NCBI GenBank assembly: GCA_963666365.2
Contig: CAXXNF010000002.1
Span: 1,568,001 to 1,632,000 of the forward strand
Length of the DNA: 64,000 nt
Direction: 5' to 3'
Origin: Syntrophales bacterium
GTDB lineage: Bacteria > Desulfobacterota > Syntrophia > Syntrophales > UBA2210
Part shown: positions 37,169-47,114 of the stretch, one piece after another
How the letters are laid out: each line of letters opens with the position of its first letter
Position numbering within the stretch: the stretch's first letter is position 1
The notes under the pieces: model-generated
Database searches by the model: none
What the model was told of the DNA's origin: nothing
Seen by the model: only the letters and a program-made list of their open reading frames with translations
Translations under genes and position numbers: made by a program

Positions 37169-39331
37169 ATGTTGGGTGAAAATGTATTCATTGAAATAGC
37201 AGCTATACTTGGCATTGCTACGGTGACAGGGATCATAGGGCAGAAATTACGGCAGCCCTTGATCATCATGTTTCTGGTAACGGGCATTCTGGCCGGTCCG
37301 TCGCTATTTGGCATCATACACAGTTATGAGCAGATTGAACTCCTGGCCCATATCGGCATAGCCCTTCTGCTGTTTATTGTTGGGCTCAAACTCGATCTTA
37401 ATCTGATTCGGACAACCGGGCCCGTCGCTCTGGCGACCGGCCTCGGGCAGATCGTGTTTACATCGATTATCGGGTTTGTCATTGCCCTTGCCATGGACAT
37501 GTCATATCTCAGTGCGGCTTACGTTTCGGTTGCGCTTACTTTTTCAAGTACAATCATCATCGTAAAGCTCCTGTCCGACAAAAAAGAAATCGACTCTCTT
37601 CATGGTCAGATCGCTCTTGGCTTTCTGATAGTTCAGGATATCGCCGCCATCCTGGCGCTGGTCGGGCTGACGACACTGGGGTCATCTATCAGCGGCGAGG
37701 GGTCGGGATATCTCTCGTTCCTGATGATCGGCGCAAAAGGCGTGGGACTGTTGGGTGTGGTCGCTCTGCTGATGAGATATGTCATTCCTTACCTGACCCA
37801 GCGTCTCTCTCATTCGCTGGAACTGTTGACGCTATTCGCCATCACATGGGCTGTCATTCTCGGAGCGGGAAGCGAGCTCTTGGGCTTCAGCAAGGAGGTC
37901 GGTGCATTCCTGGCTGGAGTTTCACTGGCATCCACACCATACCGGGATGCTATCGGTGCACGGCTGACAAGCCTCCGGGATTTTCTCCTTTTGTTTTTCT
38001 TCATCGATCTTGGCGCACGTTTGGATTGGTCCATGGTGGGCTCGCAAATAGGCGCATCGCTTGTTTTTTCCCTCTTTGTGCTCGTCGGCAACCCGCTCAT
38101 TGTTCTGATCATCATGGGAGCCATGGGATATCGCCGTCGCACCGGTTTTCTCGCCGGTCTCACGGTAGCCCAGATCAGCGAGTTTTCGCTTATTTTGGCG
38201 GCCCTGGGGCTGAGTATCGGCCACATTACCGAAGCAACAATGGGGCTGATCACCCTCGTGGGGGTGGTGACCATATTCCTGTCCACCTACATAATAATCT
38301 ATTCCTACCCGCTTTATCGTGTTCTCTCCTCCCCCTTGAAAATTTTCGAAAGGCGCAATCCTTACCGGGAGGCGGACATAGATACCTTCGTGGAAATCGG
38401 AGCAGTCGACGTCATTTTAGTGGGATTGGGTAATTATGGCAGCGGGCTGATGGAACACCTTCTCCGGCGAAAAAATGCCATAGTGGGGATCGACTTCGAT
38501 CCCGTCACTTTAGATAGGTGGCGCAAGAAAGGGGTGCCTGTTCTTTACGGGGACATCGCGGACCCGGAAATGCATGAGCAATTGCCGTTGAAAAAGGCGC
38601 GATGGGTTATCAGCACCGTTCGCTCCAAAGAGATGAATTTGGCACTAATCCATAATCTTAAGAAGGACGGCTATGCTGGAAAAGTGGTCTTGACTGCGAC
38701 GAGCAGTCAGGAAGCCGCTGAGTTCGAAAAAGCTGGCGCCAATCTGGTATTTCGGCCTTTTAAGGATGCAACGGAACAAGCGGCCGATTCGTTGACCTAT
38801 GCGATGGATTTCCTTCCGGAAAGCATTGATTGGCCTGTCTCGTTTCTCGAGGTGCGTATTCGTTCGGATGCTTCGGCCGCCGGGCAGACCATAAGAGAAC
38901 TCCCTCTGTCGACTTTGGGAATATCTATTCTGGCGGTCAGTCGAGGAGGATACACCTTCCATGAGCCGAATCCGGATTTCAGGATTTTCCCGGCCGACCG
39001 GCTACTCCTTATGGGACATCCGGCTGGCTTGAAGGAGTCTGAAACCATACTTAATCAATTTGAAGCGCAGAGAAACGCAGAAGACACGGACCGCTTTGAA
39101 ATTGCTGAGATCAAGGTGTCGGAAAATTCGGACCTTTCAGGCAAGTCTTTGGCGGAGCTTCACTTTCGGCAAAAGTTCGGCGCGACTTTGGTCGGCATAC
39201 GCAGAGGCCAGGATCAGATTACGACAATAAACCCTGCGGAGCGCTTTCAGAAGGGCGATTGTCTGATTGTTATCGGCAAGTCGAGTGCCATCAAAGAACT
39301 AAAATCCGGGGACACCATACCTATTTCTTGA
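37169..39331 (+). CDS. CPA2/Kef-type cation:proton antiporter with RCK_N and two RCK_C (TrkA-C) domains
   Basis: LLFIVGL.L, FSSTIIIVKLL, LIVQD, QISEFS, G.G.YG, YGD, and two 'G.T/S..EL...G..' TrkA-C repeats. Confidence 0.88.
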   Translation: MLGENVFIEIAAILGIATVTGIIGQKLRQPLIIMFLVTGILAGPSLFGIIHSYEQIELLAHIGIALLLFIVGLKLDLNLIRTTGPVALATGLGQIVFTSIIGFVIALAMDMSYLSAAYVSVALTFSSTIIIVKLLSDKKEIDSLHGQIALGFLIVQDIAAILALVGLTTLGSSISGEGSGYLSFLMIGAKGVGLLGVVALLMRYVIPYLTQRLSHSLELLTLFAITWAVILGAGSELLGFSKEVGAFLAGVSLASTPYRDAIGARLTSLRDFLLLFFFIDLGARLDWSMVGSQIGASLVFSLFVLVGNPLIVLIIMGAMGYRRRTGFLAGLTVAQISEFSLILAALGLSIGHITEATMGLITLVGVVTIFLSTYIIIYSYPLYRVLSSPLKIFERRNPYREADIDTFVEIGAVDVILVGLGNYGSGLMEHLLRRKNAIVGIDFDPVTLDRWRKKGVPVLYGDIADPEMHEQLPLKKARWVISTVRSKEMNLALIHNLKKDGYAGKVVLTATSSQEAAEFEKAGANLVFRPFKDATEQAADSLTYAMDFLPESIDWPVSFLEVRIRSDASAAGQTIRELPLSTLGISILAVSRGGYTFHEPNPDFRIFPADRLLLMGHPAGLKESETILNQFEAQRNAEDTDRFEIAEIKVSENSDLSGKSLAELHFRQKFGATLVGIRRGQDQITTINPAERFQKGDCLIVIGKSSAIKELKSGDTIPIS

Positions 39332-39334
39332 CTT
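39308..39334 (+). repeat. Third copy of the RAYT-flanking repeat
   Basis: GGGGACACCATACCTATTTCTTGACTT identical (27/27) to 36408-36434. Confidence 0.9.
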
Positions 39335-39343
39335 CTCCCTTGT

Positions 39344-40570
39344 CTATTGACCGGGAACAAATCGCGCCATTAATACTGACCGCAGCGCTTCTTCTGATGA
39401 AACCATCATCATATCTTCCCATGTCTTCTGAAAATCAACAAGTTGGTGAAAGGCGTCCTTTTCAGCAAGAGCGCTTTTCCTTACAATATCAATATTCTTG
39501 AGCGTTTCGGACATGTCATTCTCTTTGCCCTCGGCGCGGTAGTCTTCTGCCAGAACCATGCAGGCGTTTGTTATTTTCTCCTCAAGGTCGTCCTTTAAAA
39601 ATGCACCGGGGTAAGGAGACAGTTCTTCAGCCGACACATGGCACATACCCTTCATGGCGCCATCCTGACCGCGGAGCTTTGCCCTCTCAAAGAGAAATCT
39701 GTAAATATCCTCCCGAAGCTGTTTCCAGGTCGGATGAGACTTGGGAGGTGGCAGGTGTTTGATGGAAAGTGTGTTGTCAAGAAAGAACGTGTGTCCGAAC
39801 ATTCGCATGTTGATAAGAAAATCTATGTCTTCTCCCCGCGTCACGTTCGGGTCGAATGGAATGCGGGTAAAAATATCCCGGTGAATCACCATATTCCCGC
39901 CGAAGACAAAGGAGGTTTTTTTCAGCCTCGGCGCCCTGCCAATCGTCTGCTCAAAGGCCTCGTTCATTCTGTCTACCTTGTCCCAATGGTGCATCCATTC
40001 ACGTTTCATCCGTGTGACCCGCCACTCTCCATCGGGCTGAAGGTAGTAGCCGGCAACGGCGCCGATAAATTCACCATCCAGCGTTCTTCCGATATACTCA
40101 CGCGCCTTTCGCATAAAGGCGGGATCCTCGAAAACCTCGTCATCGTCTATGAGTACGGCAATGTCGGAACCCATCACGTGGGGCAGGAACAGGCACAGGT
40201 TGCGTATGTTTGAGTAGCCCTTGAGGCTGAGGAGTTCACAGAACCGCTCGCCACCAGCCTCTTTCAACAATTGATGCACGTGCCTTAGGTGTGAGTGGCT
40301 GAAGAGATAGGTGGGGACGTGGGAAGGAACGGATGCAATAATATGGGACACCTTATCTTCCACTCTTTCTGCAATGTCGTGATTGGCGGCAACGGCGATC
40401 ACGATCAGATTGAAATCCTTGTCTTCGAGAACACTGACGCTTTCGAGAGTCCTTTTGAGTGTTCCTTCCTCGTCAAGGGGAGTGGGATGATCGTACACCG
40501 CGTCGGTTTCTTTCGTCCCAAGCGCACGTTCCCGTGTCCAGTAGGAAGGGATGACCATTGTTGTTTTCAT
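39344..40570 (-). CDS. Putative GT-A fold glycosyltransferase-like protein
   Basis: VIPSYW, GYSNIRN, LIDDDE (DxD), GGNMVI, RGEDID. Confidence 0.6.
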   Translation of the reverse strand: MKTTMVIPSYWTRERALGTKETDAVYDHPTPLDEEGTLKRTLESVSVLEDKDFNLIVIAVAANHDIAERVEDKVSHIIASVPSHVPTYLFSHSHLRHVHQLLKEAGGERFCELLSLKGYSNIRNLCLFLPHVMGSDIAVLIDDDEVFEDPAFMRKAREYIGRTLDGEFIGAVAGYYLQPDGEWRVTRMKREWMHHWDKVDRMNEAFEQTIGRAPRLKKTSFVFGGNMVIHRDIFTRIPFDPNVTRGEDIDFLINMRMFGHTFFLDNTLSIKHLPPPKSHPTWKQLREDIYRFLFERAKLRGQDGAMKGMCHVSAEELSPYPGAFLKDDLEEKITNACMVLAEDYRAEGKENDMSETLKNIDIVRKSALAEKDAFHQLVDFQKTWEDMMMVSSEEALRSVLMARFVPGQ

Positions 40571-40613
40571 AGGCTGCCTCCTGAAAGAGAGAGTATCAGG
40601 CAATGTCTTAATA

Positions 40614-41306
40614 TTATTCCTCCTGGTAGAATTCCGGATACAATTTTTTTGCACAGTCGGGACAGATGGAGTGGCTGAATTCCGCCTCCGAGTGGTCTCT
40701 GAGATACTCCTCTATCTGTTTCCAGTACCCTTTGTCGTCCCGTATTTTTTTGCATGAGGCGCAGATAGGGAGCATGCCGTGCAAAGTTTTTATTTTATCG
40801 ATTGCTTCCTTCAGTTCCCGGATAAGCTTTTCCCGCTCTTCCTCTGTCTTTTTGTGTTCTGTAATGTCGTGAATAATAGAATGAAGGATCGCTTTGCCTT
40901 CAGTGGCGGTGATGTTGTTGCTGTAGACCGCCACGTCGCGAACTTCACCGTTGGCCAGTCGGTGGCGGAACTCGAAATAGATGCGTTGACTCTTTCTGGC
41001 TTTTTCCATCTCGCGCTTCACGTCGTCAGGCGGGAGAGTATTGATATCCTGAATCTTCATCCGGCGCAATTGTTCTTTTGACCAGCCGTAATAGGTGACC
41101 GCCGCCTTGTTGGCATCGAGAATGTCCCCGGTATCGGGATCAATGAGCAGTTTGACGGCGGCATGGTTCTCAAAGACATTCCTGAAAAGTATCTCGCCGC
41201 TTTCACGCAACGCCTCTTCGACCCTATTGCGCTCGTGATCGCTTTGTCCCGGATCGATACTCACGCCCTCGTCACATTGCCCTTTTTTCGTATCGTCGTC
41301 TTTCAT
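40614..41306 (-). CDS. PAS-domain protein with C-terminal CxxC...HxxCxxC module
   Basis: PAS (DANKAA..YYG, FRHRLANGE, HDITE), coiled coil, LPICASCKKIRDDKGYW...FSHSICPDC; start uncertain. Confidence 0.8.
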   Translation of the reverse strand: MKDDDTKKGQCDEGVSIDPGQSDHERNRVEEALRESGEILFRNVFENHAAVKLLIDPDTGDILDANKAAVTYYGWSKEQLRRMKIQDINTLPPDDVKREMEKARKSQRIYFEFRHRLANGEVRDVAVYSNNITATEGKAILHSIIHDITEHKKTEEEREKLIRELKEAIDKIKTLHGMLPICASCKKIRDDKGYWKQIEEYLRDHSEAEFSHSICPDCAKKLYPEFYQEE

Positions 41307-41465
41307 ATTTTCTACATTCCCCACGATTTCCCATTCATTTCCTCTGGAACAATCTATCATATTGGAAAATTTCATGTTTGATGTGAATCCACGGCCCGTC
41401 ATTGGCGGAATCAGACCGAATTTGATCGCGCCTCCGATGCTGATGACGGCCATACCCCCGATCTC

Positions 41466-42995
41466 TTACTCATAAGGCCGATAGGCCAGGACCACTCTCC
41501 ATTCCTGCCCATGCAGCCTGACGGTCTGCCAGACGGCATGTTTGATCACTTTTTCACGCAAGCCGGGCGCAAGGAAAATGTAGTGGTCCTTTCCTTCAGG
41601 AACGGATACGATTTTCCTGCCCAGCGCGAGCAGACTTTCGTGTTTTGCATACAGAGGATCACTGAACAGCATCCTGCCGATCTCTTCAGAATCCTTGTCG
41701 TATATGATCATTCCATCGGTCTGTATGATCCAGAGTTCGTGGTCGTCCGGCATCGCACTCGTCTTGAGAAGGGGCGCCACGAGCAGTTCGGGGCGCAGCA
41801 GTACACTCACGGATCCCACGTTTTTCTTCTTCGCATCGTACAACGGACGGGCCACACTCATCGCGAGGAATCCTTCGGCCGCCGTAAACCCATTGCTGAA
41901 AATCGGCTGCGGTGTGTTCCTCATGGCGCCGACATGTTCCTGGGCGCTGATGTCACTGTTCTCAAAATTCATGTAGTCCCGCGGTTCTATCTGGCGCATG
42001 ACGCCCCGGGAATCTACGTAACAGGCATTGACCACGGCGGGGTTCTCCCCGATAATGTCGCTCAGGAGCCTTCTGATTTCATCTTCCTGTGTGACGTCGA
42101 CGGCGCTTTTTTCAATCGCCCTCTTAAGAGAACCGTCGATCCGATGAAGACTGTCACGCAAGGCCGGGACAAAACGTTCGAGCGAAAGCTTCAGGGGAAT
42201 CGGCGCAGGCATCTCCGCTCCCTCCATTTTTGCCAGAACCATCCACCAATCCATGGTCGGCAACTTCCGATAGCGGGCGTTCCGTATGATCCCGTCAAGT
42301 TCGTAATGCATCACACCGCTATCACAATTCAGCGCTTCAGAAACCGCCTCGCGCAGGGAAGGACTTCCGCCGGCAAGGGGATTCATAAAGATGAAATCAC
42401 TGTCCCTGTCCAGCATCGTGTTACCCTTCTCATTCAGGACAAACCATGTATAGTTACTCGGAAGGACGAGCATCCGGCTGAGCGCCAGGCGCAGCTCTTC
42501 CAGGAAGACCGAGGCGCCGAGCGCCCCCGTCGCCTTGCCGTCAACCATAATGGGCGCCGCCATGAGGGCCGATTTTTTACCCGTGGAACGGCTGTAAATC
42601 GGATACCCCTTTACCTGGTTGCCGGCAAAAAGAGCACTGAAGTATCCACGATTGCGCAGGTTGAGATTGGTGTAATCTTTTTCTACGCTGTAGTAGTTTC
42701 CATCGGGCAGGACGAAAAAATAGACGCCCGGTACGATCGATGCGAGCCTGCGCAGGTACGTCTTGATCCCCTGCCAGTCGCCGCAACGGGCCTCCGGGCT
42801 GGAGGCAACCAGATCAAGAGAGGCCAGGGTATGGACCAGCACGGTATCGATATAATACGCGGCGGTGTTGAGAATGGTTTCAGACTCCCCTCCCGGCGGG
42901 GTTTCAAGCGGCGCCGAGGCCCAGGCAGGACCAAGCAAGATAAACGAGATCAGTACTATAGATACTATTGCCTTCATGTGTTCCCTTTTGACCAT
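41466..42995 (-). CDS. Exported protein with two Cache-like sensor domains
   Basis: Signal peptide (AWA); R.YF...SRSTGK...MAAPI and F...F...EG....ARP segments typical of dCache; no C-terminal TM or signalling domain. Confidence 0.6.
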   Translation of the reverse strand: MVKREHMKAIVSIVLISFILLGPAWASAPLETPPGGESETILNTAAYYIDTVLVHTLASLDLVASSPEARCGDWQGIKTYLRRLASIVPGVYFFVLPDGNYYSVEKDYTNLNLRNRGYFSALFAGNQVKGYPIYSRSTGKKSALMAAPIMVDGKATGALGASVFLEELRLALSRMLVLPSNYTWFVLNEKGNTMLDRDSDFIFMNPLAGGSPSLREAVSEALNCDSGVMHYELDGIIRNARYRKLPTMDWWMVLAKMEGAEMPAPIPLKLSLERFVPALRDSLHRIDGSLKRAIEKSAVDVTQEDEIRRLLSDIIGENPAVVNACYVDSRGVMRQIEPRDYMNFENSDISAQEHVGAMRNTPQPIFSNGFTAAEGFLAMSVARPLYDAKKKNVGSVSVLLRPELLVAPLLKTSAMPDDHELWIIQTDGMIIYDKDSEEIGRMLFSDPLYAKHESLLALGRKIVSVPEGKDHYIFLAPGLREKVIKHAVWQTVRLHGQEWRVVLAYRPYE

Positions 42996-43003
42996 CTCCC
43001 TAT

Positions 43004-44611
43004 TTATCGCTTGCCTATATGAAGGATCCCTTTGGTAATATTACAGAGGTGATCGTTCAACCGTTCAAGGTTCGTCAGGAGGTCGGAGTACACCAGGCCG
43101 GCATCGCTGACACAAATTCTCTCCTCAAGCCTGGTGAGATGGTTGAGCTTGTATTGTGCGATTAATGCATCTATTTCACGGTCTATGTTCAGTGTGATAA
43201 GGGCGGCCTTCTGGTCGTTGTCGGCAATCGCCTTTTTCGTGTATTCCATCAGGACCTTTGTCTTGTCGAAGAGCCGTCTCATTTCATCCTCCGCCCCGGA
43301 AGAAAAGGAGAGATTATTTTCATAGGTCCGCTGGGCGAGGATCACGATATCCTCACAATAATCAGCTACTTTTTCCACATCATTGACACTGTGGAGAAGC
43401 GCCGGGATCAGACGTCGCTGTTTATCCGTAAGACCCGCCTGGGTAATTTCCACGAGATAATTGGTGATGCTCTTCTGCATCTCGTCAACGGACTCTTCGT
43501 CGATGGTGACTTCATTTTTCAGTTTGTGATTATACATGAGAGAACACTGCTCCGCCTTTTCCAGCATTTCGCGACAGATATCCAGCATTACGCCCAATTC
43601 CTTGATCACGGCTTTGATGGCGAGATTTGGCGTGGCCAGCAGGGTGACGGCAAGATAGCCCCCCGTTTTCTTTTCGTAATCCTCTCCCGGCACCAGCTTG
43701 TCCAGAAGTTTGATAAAAAGGGGCACAAAGGGAAGAAGCACGATCGTGTTAATCACATTGAAGATGGTGTGGGTATTGGCGATCTGCCGGGCAACATCAC
43801 CCGAAAGCATGGGCATGTAATGCACATACAACGATATAAAGGGCAAGGCGATCAACGTGCCGACCACATTGAAAAGGGTGTGCCCCAGCGCGAGCTTTCT
43901 GCTTACCAGCTTACCTCCCACACTGGCAATAACTGCGGTAACGCAGGTCCCTATGTTATCCCCCAGCACCAGGTAAATCGAAGAGGGAAGATCGAGCAAT
44001 CCCGCTGAGGCAAAGGCAATAACCATGCCGATAGTCGTACTGCTGCTCTGAAGGATGACCGTCACCACCAGGCCCGTCAACACTCCGAGCAGCGGATATT
44101 TTCCGAATTGGATAAAAAGGTTGATAATCGTTTCGTTATCTGCCAGGGGCTTGACGGCCGATCCCATCGTCGCAAGTCCCAGAAAGAGAATTCCGAACCC
44201 CAAGAGCGCTGATCCTTTGTGTTTATTCTTGATCTTTTTCGCAAAGAGATAAATCAGCGATCCAACGAATATAAACAAAAAGGCCGACTTGGTCAACTTG
44301 AAGGCAATCAACTGGGCCGTGATGGTCGTGCCGATATTTGCCCCGAAGATAACGGGAAGAGAGGCGGTCAGATTGATGAGCCCGGCGTTGAGAAACCCGA
44401 TGAGCAGCACCGACGTGGCGCTGGAGCTCTGAATCAGCATCGTGACGGCAATTCCCACAAAAGCTGATTTTACCCGGTTTGAGGTGACTTTATCGAGAAG
44501 GTCCTTCAGCAGACCGAGTGACAAGGATTTTAATGAATCACTGAGGATGTGGATGCCGAACAGAAAAAGGCCCAATCCCCCCGTTACTCCCAGTATGACA
44601 CTCCAATACAT
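43004..44611 (-). CDS. Na+/Pi cotransporter family protein with PhoU-like C-terminus
   Basis: GGLGLFLFG, two QSSS repeats, GANIGTT/GDNIGT, ANTHT.FN. Confidence 0.92.
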   Translation of the reverse strand: MYWSVILGVTGGLGLFLFGIHILSDSLKSLSLGLLKDLLDKVTSNRVKSAFVGIAVTMLIQSSSATSVLLIGFLNAGLINLTASLPVIFGANIGTTITAQLIAFKLTKSAFLFIFVGSLIYLFAKKIKNKHKGSALLGFGILFLGLATMGSAVKPLADNETIINLFIQFGKYPLLGVLTGLVVTVILQSSSTTIGMVIAFASAGLLDLPSSIYLVLGDNIGTCVTAVIASVGGKLVSRKLALGHTLFNVVGTLIALPFISLYVHYMPMLSGDVARQIANTHTIFNVINTIVLLPFVPLFIKLLDKLVPGEDYEKKTGGYLAVTLLATPNLAIKAVIKELGVMLDICREMLEKAEQCSLMYNHKLKNEVTIDEESVDEMQKSITNYLVEITQAGLTDKQRRLIPALLHSVNDVEKVADYCEDIVILAQRTYENNLSFSSGAEDEMRRLFDKTKVLMEYTKKAIADNDQKAALITLNIDREIDALIAQYKLNHLTRLEERICVSDAGLVYSDLLTNLERLNDHLCNITKGILHIGKR

Positions 44612-44773
44612 GTGACCTGTCCATGAAGCAGCATGTGCATGTATACTATCTCTGGGACGCCTTTCCGGCGACCTCTCTCGTGAGAGACGGCTTAAAATTT
44701 GACCATTGAAACGAATAGTTACATAAGAATGTTGCCCCTGTCAATTGTTAAGGATCGGAAACAGCAACATCCG

Positions 44774-44805
44774 AAAAAAAAAAGCGCTTCCGAAGAAGCG
44801 CTTTT
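44774..44805 (-). terminator. Terminator of the cold-shock gene
   Basis: Stem AAAGCGCTTC-CGAA-GAAGCGCTTT with an A10 run (U-tract on the minus strand). Confidence 0.8.
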
Positions 44806-44825
44806 CAATGCAACACATTAAGATC

Positions 44826-45026
44826 CTACAGAATCTTTACATTCGCAGCAGCGGGACCCTTTTTGCCCTGCTCGATATCAAACGATACTCGCTGATCTTC
44901 ATGCAGAACCTTGAATCCTTCAGCCTGAATGGCGCTGTAGTGGACAAAGACATCGCCGCCTTCGTCGTTCGCGATGAAGCCGAAGCCTTTGCTTTCATTA
45001 AACCACTTTACTACACCTGTACACAT
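44826..45026 (-). CDS. Cold-shock protein
   Basis: [32 protein letters not shown]. Confidence 0.96.
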   Translation of the reverse strand: MCTGVVKWFNESKGFGFIANDEGGDVFVHYSAIQAEGFKVLHEDQRVSFDIEQGKKGPAAANVKIL

Positions 45027-45216
45027 TTCGGCAATCCTCCTTTCCTTGGTGTTCTAAAGCTGGATCGCCCACAGGTGTGAAAAATTCCGAAGATAGAAAA
45101 AATGGGGTATTCAATTTCGCTCTTCAAAAGGTCTCAATCCATACTTTACCGCACCCCACTGACTATCTGTCCCGGGTGCAATTTGCTGCGAGACTATATG
45201 CTTTTTTATCGGGAAG

Positions 45217-45846
45217 TCAAGACAAATTTAGAAAAATTCCGATAATTGCCAGAATGATCCATCGGAAAAAGTCGATAACCGGATTCAGCACTCCGAAAAA
45301 CAGCAGTCCGATGATGATAAAAAAACCGTAGGGTTCCAACCGGGAAAGCGAATATTGCAGGCGGAGCGGCAAAAATCCCATGAGAATCTTCGAACCGTCA
45401 AGGGGCGGAATCGGAATCAGATTAAAGGCCGCCAGGATTATATTGATGTGGGCAAAATAATACAGCATCTGCCCCGCTACAGTCTGCGGAGAAATCGCCA
45501 TGGCTCGCAGCAGAAAGAGCGCCGCAAAGGCGAGACACATATTGACGACGATCCCTGCCGCCGACACAAAAAGTTGCGGTGCCCTGCCCTCGCGAAGATT
45601 TGAGAAATTGACGGGAACCGGCCTGGCCCAGCCGAATCCGACAAAAAACAGCATAAGCGTCCCTATGGGATCGAGATGTCGCAGGGGATTGAGACTGAGC
45701 CGCCCCATCATCTTCGCCGTCGGGTCTCCCATGCGCCAGGCCACCCACCCGTGGGCCAGCTCATGAAAAATCACCGAATACAGCAGCGGCACGGCGATCA
45801 ATACAAACGTCAGAGGATCCTTTAAAAGCAGATTAAAAAGTCCCAC
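45217..45846 (-). CDS. Site-2 protease family (M50) protein
   Basis: HELAH, GDPT, NP..HLDP.G, FNLIPIPPLDG. Confidence 0.92.
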   Translation of the reverse strand: MGLFNLLLKDPLTFVLIAVPLLYSVIFHELAHGWVAWRMGDPTAKMMGRLSLNPLRHLDPIGTLMLFFVGFGWARPVPVNFSNLREGRAPQLFVSAAGIVVNMCLAFAALFLLRAMAISPQTVAGQMLYYFAHINIILAAFNLIPIPPLDGSKILMGFLPLRLQYSLSRLEPYGFFIIIGLLFFGVLNPVIDFFRWIILAIIGIFLNLS

Positions 45847-45859
45847 TTTGCACCCATAT

Positions 45860-46741
45860 TCATGTTCTCGCTATCCTCCCACAGCCGTCGCTGATTGCTT
45901 TCGTTCCGCTTTCATTGAGGACGGCAAAGAACAGTTCGCTGGCGTCGCGGCTCTCTCGTCTCTCAAGGAGTTGCACGGTGATATTCGTGCCGGGACGCAC
46001 CATTCCCGTAAACCGGCAGGACACTTGCTTCAATACTCGGGGATCGCCACCGGCTTCGCGGTTGATAAGTTCGCGCACGGCATAGGCAAGTGTGGCCGTT
46101 CCCTGGAGAATGATTCCGGGCAGGCCCACCTGCCGGGCGAACCGGACGGAGGTATGAATCGGAAAGACGATATCGGTACAGCCATCATACAGATAGGGCT
46201 GCAGGGGATCGACAGGGAGGGATGCCTCCCAGAGAACGGGGGCAGCGGCCCGGCAGGCAGGCGTTGTCGGAAGATCCCGTCCTCCTTTCCCGCCATCGGC
46301 ACATTGAATGCCTCTCAGTAAACTGCCGATATGTTCGGTGAAGATCGCCCCGCCGGGATCATTCAGTGCATCGTAACGTATTACGATGCGTGTTCCCGCC
46401 TTGTGGGGCACAACGGCAGCCACACGCCCTTTGATGATAAGTCTCTCACCCGGTTTCAGTGGCCGATGAAACTGAATGTGCTCCGTGTAATGCACGCCCG
46501 TAAGGGCAATCTCGGGCGGATAGCCCGCTGATTCGAAATGTTCGGCAAGCCCTGCCGTAATCGGCCAGGTGGCAGCCACGGCATACATGGGCGGCGCGAT
46601 CACCCCTCCTTCCTGTTCGTCATCGAGGTACCAGGAGTTGTTATCGCCTGTGGCGGCGGCATAGTTCATCGTGTCGCGCCACGTCGGTGTAAACGAATAT
46701 TCCTTCAAGTCAGTGCCTGCAAGTGCCGAGTCAATCTCCAT
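45860..46741 (-). CDS. MaoC-like double hot-dog dehydratase
   Basis: YAAATGD.N, APP.YAV, D..FPIH....AR.VGLPGIILQG; start moved to MEIDS. Confidence 0.8.
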   Translation of the reverse strand: MEIDSALAGTDLKEYSFTPTWRDTMNYAAATGDNNSWYLDDEQEGGVIAPPMYAVAATWPITAGLAEHFESAGYPPEIALTGVHYTEHIQFHRPLKPGERLIIKGRVAAVVPHKAGTRIVIRYDALNDPGGAIFTEHIGSLLRGIQCADGGKGGRDLPTTPACRAAAPVLWEASLPVDPLQPYLYDGCTDIVFPIHTSVRFARQVGLPGIILQGTATLAYAVRELINREAGGDPRVLKQVSCRFTGMVRPGTNITVQLLERRESRDASELFFAVLNESGTKAISDGCGRIART

Positions 46742-47006
46742 AGAAAAGCTCCACACACACCTTTCCAGTTTTAAATCTCTAATTTTGACGGTACCGTAAG
46801 AAGCTCCATCATGCCGACGCATCGGCACTATAAGAGCAAGTAAATCACAGTTTCCTGGCCAGAGTACAGAAAAAAGAACAGAACTTCGCACAGAGACGCT
46901 GAAAGCAAGAGGAAATAAAAAATGCGTCGGCCTCTTGGCGTCTCTGTGTGAGACAATGAATCCGTTGCTTAATAGTAGAAACTCACTCTGCTCCCTCGAG
47001 AGGCTG

Positions 47007-47099
47007 TGTTGTAATGGAGGGAGTATCACGACCGAAGCAATCTCATAACACGCTGACACTACAAGATTGCCGCGCTCCCTAAGGCCGCTCGCAATGGCA
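47007..47099. repeat. Degenerate palindromic REP/RPE-like element
   Basis: CGAAGCAATCTC...AGATTGCCGCGC...CGCTCGCAATG motif pair. Confidence 0.5.
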
Positions 47100-47114
47100 A
47101 ATCGGAAGAAAAAT

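Noticed and set aside
35707..44700. tRNA-Phe-integrated genomic island or prophage
   Set aside because: No integrase or phage genes, and I saw no duplicate of the tRNA 3' end in the window
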